Of a stretch of DNA of 64,000 bases, positions 57,120-64,000 are shown piece by piece. The DNA comes from Pseudomonadota bacterium. GTDB lineage: Bacteria > Desulfobacterota > Desulfobacteria > Desulfobacterales > RPRI01. The stretch's first letter is position 1. Every line of letters starts with the position of its first letter. The translations under genes and the position numbers were made by a program. Location: NCBI GenBank assembly GCA_043825875.1, contig JBDRRF010000103.1, positions 32,001 through 96,000 on the forward strand, given 5' to 3'. The notes under the pieces are model-generated. The model was not told where the DNA came from. It did no database searches and saw only the letters and a program-made list of their open reading frames with translations.

Positions 57120-59078
57120 TTAATCTTTGCCAAGCTCAATAAATCTTTTCCATTTTACAGTAAGAAGGCATAATTCTTTTTGTGCATCCTGATTACCATC
57201 AAAAGAAGTAAGACCGGTAAGTCCATTATAATTTTTTATTTTAATAAGTTCATTTCTTACTGATTCAGGAAAACGGAGGCCGGATTTGCTTATTGTCTGA
57301 AACAGCATCATAGCAGTATCATAAGAAACAGCTTCAACAAAACCGGGATCTTCACCAAAATATGTTATAAAATCATTAACAAATTCTCGTATATCAACAG
57401 AATCTTTTTCGCTAAAAAAACCATCCGGTATTATTGCTTTATCTTGCATAAACTCACCGGCCATATTTATCATTTTTTGTGAGTTCCAGAGATTCGTACC
57501 CAGCAGATACACCTTATTTATATCTTCAAATATTAACTGTGGAATAATAAGACCGGCTTTTGTTGGTGAATCAGGAATAAAAATCGCATCAAAATCAAGC
57601 AGCAATTTGTCTTGTTCTTTGTTTTGATTGTCAATATTTTCATCCGATTCTTCATCTGAAGATGATGAATCGGATGGCTTCCATTTTTCAATATTTTCGT
57701 GAGAAAAAGCCTGTCTTCCAATAATTTTTTTAATTGTATCAGTAAAATCTGTATGGTCTGGGTTATATGATTCAGCACTTACGATTGTACCGCCATTTGC
57801 CAAAACTTCATCATAAAACAGGCTCGTATATTTTATGCCATAATTTTCCAATGGATACAAAATTGCAAATCTTCTTATTCCTCTATTTTCCATTGCATAT
57901 TTCACAATGGAGGCTACCTGCATTTCCGGCATTAAAAAGTTCCTGAAAACAAAATCTCCAGTATCTGTAATATCCTCTTTCTGGGTTAATAATACTATCG
58001 GAATTTTAGCTGCCTGAGCTTCTTTAGCCGCGATAACGGATTCATCTGATCCCATAGGCCCGATAATTACAGAAACATCTTCCAGCACAAGATCATTCAC
58101 AGCTTTTGCCGCACTTTCAGGATTTGATTCGGTATCTTTTACCACAAGGTTTACCAAAACCAGCCCTCTTTCATCAGAAAATTTGCTTAAAGCAAGCTTG
58201 ACTCCTTTTAATGCTTTATTCCCGAAAACATTAAGTGTTCCTGTTAGAGGAAGCAAACAACCTACTGTAAATGGTTTGCCAGCTGAAGTTTCATATATTT
58301 TCTGCAATACATTCTCTGCTTCTTTAACATTTTCATGATCAGGCATTTTTTGTATAAAATCGGTAAAAATGCTTGCCGCCTCTTTATATTGCTGATTTTC
58401 ATAGTAGCGCAGCCCGATCTGATACTTAAGGTATCCTTTTAAATTATCGTCTTTTATGCTTTCTATGAGAAAATTTATGTCATTTTCTTCAAGTTGTGAT
58501 ACGGCATTTTTTAGTTTTGTATTAATAATATCATTTTCATATTCTGTGCTTTTTAAGCGGGCATTGAAATAAGAAACCACGGCATCTGAAGGATTACTCA
58601 AAGCAAGCTGGGCATCTCCAACTAAAACATATGTTTTGGAAACATCTTTTTCTGAAAGCTTGTCTGAAAAAATACTTGCGGAGTATTTTATTACATCTTC
58701 AAACATTTTTTGCTTAAAATATCCTTCAAGAACTTTTATTTTTACATCAGGAATATAATTACTTTCCGGATAGTCATTGATAAGACTCAAGTAGCTGATA
58801 CGCGACTTATTGTGTTCACCAAGTTTATCATAGATATCGCCTATCCGAAACAACGCTGCAGGAATGAGGTGAGTTCCGGGATACTGTGTAAGATATTCAT
58901 TATAAGCTTCAAGGGCTTTGCTATATTTTTGTGTGGAAAAGAAATTTTCAGCTCTTGAAAACAAAACTATTCTTTCTGCATCATCATCTGTAGCTGTAAC
59001 ATTAACAATTTCTGCTTTGGGCATACAGGCGAGTAAAACAAATAATACCGGAACAAATAATAATCTGAAATGTCTCAT
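57120..59078 (-). CDS. TPR plus periplasmic-binding-fold lipoprotein (LpoA/LppC-like PBP activator)
   Basis: Lipobox VLLAC, TPR-like repeats, GCLLPLTG, IIGPM, GLTGLTSFD. Confidence 0.78.
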   Translation of the reverse strand: MRHFRLLFVPVLFVLLACMPKAEIVNVTATDDDAERIVLFSRAENFFSTQKYSKALEAYNEYLTQYPGTHLIPAALFRIGDIYDKLGEHNKSRISYLSLINDYPESNYIPDVKIKVLEGYFKQKMFEDVIKYSASIFSDKLSEKDVSKTYVLVGDAQLALSNPSDAVVSYFNARLKSTEYENDIINTKLKNAVSQLEENDINFLIESIKDDNLKGYLKYQIGLRYYENQQYKEAASIFTDFIQKMPDHENVKEAENVLQKIYETSAGKPFTVGCLLPLTGTLNVFGNKALKGVKLALSKFSDERGLVLVNLVVKDTESNPESAAKAVNDLVLEDVSVIIGPMGSDESVIAAKEAQAAKIPIVLLTQKEDITDTGDFVFRNFLMPEMQVASIVKYAMENRGIRRFAILYPLENYGIKYTSLFYDEVLANGGTIVSAESYNPDHTDFTDTIKKIIGRQAFSHENIEKWKPSDSSSSDEESDENIDNQNKEQDKLLLDFDAIFIPDSPTKAGLIIPQLIFEDINKVYLLGTNLWNSQKMINMAGEFMQDKAIIPDGFFSEKDSVDIREFVNDFITYFGEDPGFVEAVSYDTAMMLFQTISKSGLRFPESVRNELIKIKNYNGLTGLTSFDGNQDAQKELCLLTVKWKRFIELGKD

Positions 59079-59366
59079 TTTTTCATCACTCTTTTTATAT
59101 TATATTTATAAAAAGGTTACATAACTTTTAATGGTTGTCAATTAAATCTTGATATTGTTTGAAGAAAATACGATGTCTCTGTAAATGATTCGCCCGATAA
59201 GAAATAAAAGTAATTATTGCGGCAGCAAATCTATCAAAAACATACCATATAAACACATAATTACAAAAAATCCTTGAACTTAAAGTATTTTAGGTTTAGC
59301 ATAAAACCTTAAAAGAATTAAGGTAGTCTTTAATCCGCTTTATCTGGAGAAATATTAGAGGGAGAA

Positions 59367-60041
59367 TTGTATATGAAAAAAATAAAATTCTTGTTATTTC
59401 TTATGGTATTGATATTTGCAATTCCTGCATCGGCCGAATTTTTCCGCTATGTTGATAAGGATGGTATGGTCAAATATACCGACGATTACAGCAAAATTCC
59501 AAAAAATCAGAGATCTTCTAGCAGCGAATATACAGGTTATGAAAACGGTTATACTGGCGAAGCAACAGAATCTGACATAGAAACCGAATATGATGCTGAA
59601 GCCGACACAGAAACAGACACCGAAATTGGAACCGAAACAGATACTGATACTGACACTGAAATTGATACCGAGTACCCACCTGAAATAACGCAGGAAACGG
59701 AAGCAGACAAAGAAACTGCTCCAATAAATAATACGGAAGATTTGGATGCAACAAAAAAACGCCTGGATCAAAAACAACAGGAAATCGATAAAGAGCTTGA
59801 TGACCTGAAAAAAGAAAAAAGCGCCCTTGATGACCTGAAAAAAGATGCAAAAACAAAAGCGCAGGTCAATGAATACAATTCAAAAATTCAGGCTTTGAAT
59901 GAAAAAATAAAAATTTCCCAGGAAAAGCTAAAGGTATTTGAAGCTGAAGTTGAGATATATAACATTGATCTGGAAAACAGTATGAAGAATTCATTGAAAC
60001 AATATAAGAAAGAAAAACAAGAGAAACAAAAAGCTAAATAG
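59367..60041 (+). CDS. Secreted DUF4124-like protein with acidic D/T/E linker and coiled coil
   Basis: Signal peptide, AEFFRYVDKDG.VKYTDD..KIP, DTETDTE repeats, C-terminal coiled coil. Confidence 0.7.
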   Translation: MYMKKIKFLLFLMVLIFAIPASAEFFRYVDKDGMVKYTDDYSKIPKNQRSSSSEYTGYENGYTGEATESDIETEYDAEADTETDTEIGTETDTDTDTEIDTEYPPEITQETEADKETAPINNTEDLDATKKRLDQKQQEIDKELDDLKKEKSALDDLKKDAKTKAQVNEYNSKIQALNEKIKISQEKLKVFEAEVEIYNIDLENSMKNSLKQYKKEKQEKQKAK

Positions 60042-60087
60042 CAAAAAATATAACTCAGCACTATGAATAAATTATAGGAGGATTACT

Positions 60088-61380
60088 ATGCCAGATATGA
60101 CAGGCGATATTTCTGATTTCGATAAGGCGGTAGAAATAGGCCGGCCACCAAACATCAAAAAACTCTTTCCAAACTCAAAGGCACTTATAGTCAGCGGGAA
60201 ATTTATCGACAGAGCCATGACAGCCAAAGGCAAGGCAATTTCGATGGCTGCAAACGGCAGAAGCAATATAGTAATCCGTGGCGCATTGATGGCTGCCCAA
60301 AGAGCTAATTCCGCTATAATTATTGAAATCGCAAAATCCGAAGGTGGTGCAAGCGCATATTGTGCTGTCAATTACTGGAATATAGCAAGGCAGGTAGATG
60401 CTCTTTGCAATGAGCTGTCAATTACTATACCTGTTGCAATTCATGCGGATCACTACGGAATAAAAAACGAAAAGGACATTGCTGCGGCAAAAATCGAGAT
60501 ACCTACTCTTTTTGAAGCTGGCATGACTTCAATTGCAATAGATGCGTCACATATGCCGGATGATAAAAATCTTTTGGCAAATATAGAACTGAATCCCTTT
60601 ATTCCTAAATGGGCAGGCCTTGAAACCGAAGTCGGAGAAATAAAGGGCAAATCCGGGCTTTCAACAGTTGATGAGGCTTTATTTCTTATACAGGGTCTTA
60701 ATGCACATGATATTTTTCCGGATTGGATTGCTTTAAATAACGGGACAACGCATGGTATAGAAGCAAGCGATCAGGGAATTCAGGTGGATCTGACAGTAAG
60801 TATACACGACTCTTTGGCCAAATATAAAATTTCCGGTGCACAGCACGGAACATCAGGAAACAGCTCCGACAGATTAAGAGAAATAGCATCAAAAACACGC
60901 ACAACAAAGGCTAATGTTGCTACAGCGCTTCAGATGGTTTCATGGGGTCTTGAAGTAAATGATTACGGGAATGCAATACTTGACAGTAATGGAAACTTCA
61001 TAAAAGTAAAAGGGGAAGGTGTTACTGAAGATTTATGGAAACAGATGGTGGAGTATGCGAATTCAAAAGAAATAAAAGGTGGAAACTATAAAAAACTTAA
61101 CATAGTTTTTGAAAACAAAATACTGAGTCAGCCCGAAAATATCAGAAACAGAATGGCAAAAAGAGTGGAAGAATTTGTATACAAAATTCTTGTGAATGTT
61201 TTCAATGGCAAGGATTCCGCTCCTTTAACCATACAAAATATCATAGAAGCCGGAACATATGATCCGGGAGCAAAAACAAAAAGAATTGAAGATCCGTCAC
61301 AGTGGACACCTGAAAAAATATCCGAAAAAGCTGCCTTGATAACATCGGACAAAGGAGCAGAAGGGACTTTCGACGATTAA
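60088..61380 (+). CDS. fba: Class II fructose-bisphosphate aldolase
   Basis: IHADH, IDASH, ETEVGEI, NGTTHG, AQHGTSG, KANVAT. Confidence 0.88.
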   Translation: MPDMTGDISDFDKAVEIGRPPNIKKLFPNSKALIVSGKFIDRAMTAKGKAISMAANGRSNIVIRGALMAAQRANSAIIIEIAKSEGGASAYCAVNYWNIARQVDALCNELSITIPVAIHADHYGIKNEKDIAAAKIEIPTLFEAGMTSIAIDASHMPDDKNLLANIELNPFIPKWAGLETEVGEIKGKSGLSTVDEALFLIQGLNAHDIFPDWIALNNGTTHGIEASDQGIQVDLTVSIHDSLAKYKISGAQHGTSGNSSDRLREIASKTRTTKANVATALQMVSWGLEVNDYGNAILDSNGNFIKVKGEGVTEDLWKQMVEYANSKEIKGGNYKKLNIVFENKILSQPENIRNRMAKRVEEFVYKILVNVFNGKDSAPLTIQNIIEAGTYDPGAKTKRIEDPSQWTPEKISEKAALITSDKGAEGTFDD

Positions 61381-61883
61381 TGCGGGAAAAAACGAATTGC
61401 TATTACTGTGGAGCGAAGCTCACTAAAAAATTGTTTGAAGACAGGCTACGTCTTTTTTGTGAAGAATGCAATGAACCCATTTACGAAAATCCTGTTCCTG
61501 CAACATGCCTTGTGACGATTGATGAGAAGAAAAGAGTTCTTCTTGTTAAAAGAAATGTGGAACCAAAAGCAGGATTCTGGTGCCTGCCGGGTGGTTTTAT
61601 TGAGCTTGGTGAAAATCCTGAAGAAGGTGCTTTGCGTGAACTTGAAGAAGAAACCGGCTTAAAAGGTAAAATCAAGATGCTTCTCGGTGTTAGTTCAAAC
61701 CGGAACCAGCAGTATAATACAGTTCTTATTGTTGGATATCTTGTAAAAAATTACAGCGGGATTCTTTGTACCGGCTATGATGCATCTGATGCCGCATGGT
61801 TTCATTACAAAGAGATCCCCGAAATTGCATTCCAGAGTCACTTAAATTTTATCAGAATGTATTATGCTGCATATGGAGACTGA
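61380..61883 (+). CDS. NUDIX hydrolase with N-terminal zinc ribbon
   Basis: CYYC...CEEC, YENP, GGFIELGENPEEGALRELEEETG Nudix box. Confidence 0.9.
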   Translation: MREKTNCYYCGAKLTKKLFEDRLRLFCEECNEPIYENPVPATCLVTIDEKKRVLLVKRNVEPKAGFWCLPGGFIELGENPEEGALRELEEETGLKGKIKMLLGVSSNRNQQYNTVLIVGYLVKNYSGILCTGYDASDAAWFHYKEIPEIAFQSHLNFIRMYYAAYGD

Positions 61884-62010
61884 TATAGACTTACAGATAA
61901 AGCTTTTGGACTGCGTTATCAGTCGCCCCCCTTCGACAACGTACCATCTGTACGTCTTACTCAGGGGTGCTCCTTCTGGCCTTGCCAAAAACATTATCTG
62001 TAAGTCTATA
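61884..62010. mobile_element. 127-bp MITE-like hairpin element (second family)
   Basis: Perfect 17-bp TIRs TATAGACTTACAGATAA / TTATCTGTAAGTCTATA with internal IRs. Confidence 0.7.
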
Positions 62011-62059
62011 GTCGCATAAATTTATTAAAATAAACATAAAGAATAAAAACTCCAGGACT

Positions 62060-62128
62060 CGTCATACCGGCGAAAGCCGGTATCCATAACCTGTTAAGTT
62101 ATTCAATTCCAGATTAAGCCGGAATGAC
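62060..62128. repeat. CGTC-type REP doublet
   Basis: CGTCATACCGGCGAAAGCCGGTATCCA ... GCCGGAATGAC, hairpin with GAAA loop. Confidence 0.7.
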
Positions 62129-62190
62129 AATAAAAATACTTTTCAACTTTATCAATAGAACAACAAAATATAATTAGGTTAAAATAGTCT

Positions 62191-63012
62191 ATGAAAATTA
62201 TTGATTTCCATTTTCATCCATTAAGTGCGGTTGTTGATTTTCTGCCCCAGCCTATGGGGCTGTTGAAAAAAAGAAACCCTGCGTGGGTCAAAAGGTTTGC
62301 AAATATTCCCACGGCCCGTGATATATTATCTTTTCTTGATGAAGAAGAAATAGATTACGCAGTAATGCTTGCGGAAAGAATTCCAACAGTAACAGGAATT
62401 ATATCAAATGAATTTGTTGCCTCACTATGCAAAGGCGAGCCCAGACTGATTCCTTTTTGCAGCATAAATCCTGCTTTAGATATTCATATGGATGTTATGC
62501 TGGAAAAACTTGTTAAAGACGGTTTTAAAGGATTAAAACTGTGGCCCAGCTATCAGCACTTCTACCCGAATCAGCAAAACATCTACCCACTTTATGCAGC
62601 TGCCCAGAAATTGGGTATTCCAATACTTTATCATATAGGAACTTCCGTATTTGAGGGAACAAAGCTTAAATATTGTGACCCCATTTACCTTGATGAAGTA
62701 GCAGTAGATTTCCCAAAGCTCAATATTATTATGGCCCATGCCGGAAGGGGGTTTTGGTATGATAAGGCATTTACCCTGGCTTCTTTGCATAAAAACATAT
62801 ATCTTGAAATATCAGGCTTACCTCCGGCCAAACTTCTTGAATACTTTCCCCGGCTTGGAAAAATCGGCTCCAAAATAATTTTCGGATCGGATTATCCTGA
62901 TGTAACATCCATAAAAAAGAATGTGGACTACATAAAGACTCTGCCCCTCGAACCTTCAGTTATTGAAGGAATACTAGGGTTGCACGCCAATAAATTGCTA
63001 AACGTGTTTTGA
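62191..63012 (+). CDS. Amidohydrolase_2-family metallohydrolase
   Basis: IDFHFH, KGLKL, YHIG, MAHAG, FGSDYP. Confidence 0.88.
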   Translation: MKIIDFHFHPLSAVVDFLPQPMGLLKKRNPAWVKRFANIPTARDILSFLDEEEIDYAVMLAERIPTVTGIISNEFVASLCKGEPRLIPFCSINPALDIHMDVMLEKLVKDGFKGLKLWPSYQHFYPNQQNIYPLYAAAQKLGIPILYHIGTSVFEGTKLKYCDPIYLDEVAVDFPKLNIIMAHAGRGFWYDKAFTLASLHKNIYLEISGLPPAKLLEYFPRLGKIGSKIIFGSDYPDVTSIKKNVDYIKTLPLEPSVIEGILGLHANKLLNVF

Positions 63013-63027
63013 CAATTTATTAAGCTT

Positions 63028-63040
63028 GAGCCACTTTCAA
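63028..63040. repeat. Solo left end of the 53125/55579 element
   Basis: GAGCCACTTTCAA, 13/13 match to the TIR, between convergent genes. Confidence 0.5.
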
Positions 63041-63064
63041 TTTGTAATTGTTTGGTTATTCTTC

Positions 63065-64000
63065 TTAAACATTTTCAAGATCGAATCCAATTGACAACCG
63101 GATCTTTTGCCACTCGGAATCCATAAGCAGAAAATATCCGAACAGGCCGTATCGATAGATTTCAGGATCTTTGGCCGGATCATAGGGCTCCGTTATATTT
63201 GTGGCATACATCAATCGGCCAAGAAAAAGCCCATCGGCTATCTGAACCAGCTCATCTATGCAGTAACAATCCGGAATTATCGTTTTTAACATTGGCCAGC
63301 GGTAGTTGAGCTGAAACGTTTCTTTGCCAATGCTTAAAGGATTAAATGAAATGTTTTTTCTTGCAATAAAGAAGAAATTCTTAACATCATAGCCAAATTC
63401 CTGGGCTTCTTCTGTTGTTGCCTTTTCAGTCCATATATCGGCCACATCCATCAGTCGTCCTACAAAACGCTCTTTAAGGGTGCGCAAAGCCTGACCGTTT
63501 GAACCCCATACAGTATTAACCTTTCCGGTTTCATACCCATCGGTGAATTCAATAAGTTTTTCTTTGGATACAGGATCAAATCGTTTACCTGTCCATGTGG
63601 AAAAAGGAGATGCTACGCTTGTGTAAAGCAGATTAATGATGTTTTTCCCGAAGAGGTCGAAAATGCCTGCCGAATGCCAGCTTATAAGCGCACCATAGTA
63701 GAAGCCATCCATAGTATCGGGGGCAATCCCACGGTTAAACAGTTCTGAAAGCTGATCAAAATATGGCGATTTATTTAGCAAATTATCCTTAAGCTCCCTG
63801 GAGTGTGTTTTCAGATAATGAAGCAAAGTGGGATACTTTCCTGCTTTAATAAGTATTTCAGATTTTAATTTATCATTGCATATTGGCAGTGCCGGTTCCT
63901 GAAACGTAAAGTCATTAAATTTATTCTGCTTGAAATTAGCCTCTATTCCGGTTTGTTTCATGCCTGGGGCATCGGGTGGAATATCCAGATATGGAAAAAG
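63065..64000 (-). CDS. Hypothetical protein, 5' end outside the window
   Basis: Frame stays open from 63961 to the edge (LFPYLDIPPDAPGM...); WTGKRF, IDELVQIADGLFLG. Confidence 0.7.
   Translation of the reverse strand, partial: LFPYLDIPPDAPGMKQTGIEANFKQNKFNDFTFQEPALPICNDKLKSEILIKAGKYPTLLHYLKTHSRELKDNLLNKSPYFDQLSELFNRGIAPDTMDGFYYGALISWHSAGIFDLFGKNIINLLYTSVASPFSTWTGKRFDPVSKEKLIEFTDGYETGKVNTVWGSNGQALRTLKERFVGRLMDVADIWTEKATTEEAQEFGYDVKNFFFIARKNISFNPLSIGKETFQLNYRWPMLKTIIPDCYCIDELVQIADGLFLGRLMYATNITEPYDPAKDPEIYRYGLFGYFLLMDSEWQKIRLSIGFDLENV

Noticed and set aside
1..64000. CRISPR arrays, tRNA/rRNA genes, transposases, phage or defence genes
   Set aside because: No regularly spaced repeats or recognisable sequences of these kinds were seen by eye

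Overview
Bacterial window, probably from an AT-rich sulfate-reducer/Desulfobacterales-like genome (inferred from gene content only). Positions 1-53107 hold one large minus-strand surface-polysaccharide (O-antigen/capsule-type) cluster that continues past the left edge. In transcription order it contains: a wHTH regulator; two broken wzz genes; a complete legionaminic-acid-type pathway; an amidotransferase/HisH/HisF trio with a B12 radical SAM; a putative nonulosonate transferase and Wzx; a GT2/flippase/methyltransferase/B12 radical SAM/polytopic membrane protein module; an HpcH aldolase; an FkbM-MaoC-FkbH-ACP-B12 radical SAM-acyltransferase cassette; a KdsB/SIS/oxidoreductase/AroB-like cyclase module; AsnB, heparinase II/III, GT4s and a probable Wzy; a second WbuXYZ trio; and RmlD-like/FnlA-like genes. 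Several intergenic gaps hold decayed paralog remnants. The right 11 kb is housekeeping (comEA, kdsD, pfkA, LpoA-like, fba, NUDIX, amidohydrolase) with three kinds of palindromic MITE/REP-like elements. The best candidates for an undescribed system are three glycan-tailoring modules: (1) ACP-tethered, radical-SAM-modified acyl group synthesis, (2) an aldolase/cyclase/CMP-activation pathway for an unusual, possibly carbocyclic, sugar acid, and (3) a Gtr-like lipid-linked methyl-sugar transfer system. All family calls come from motif recognition; no searches were run.
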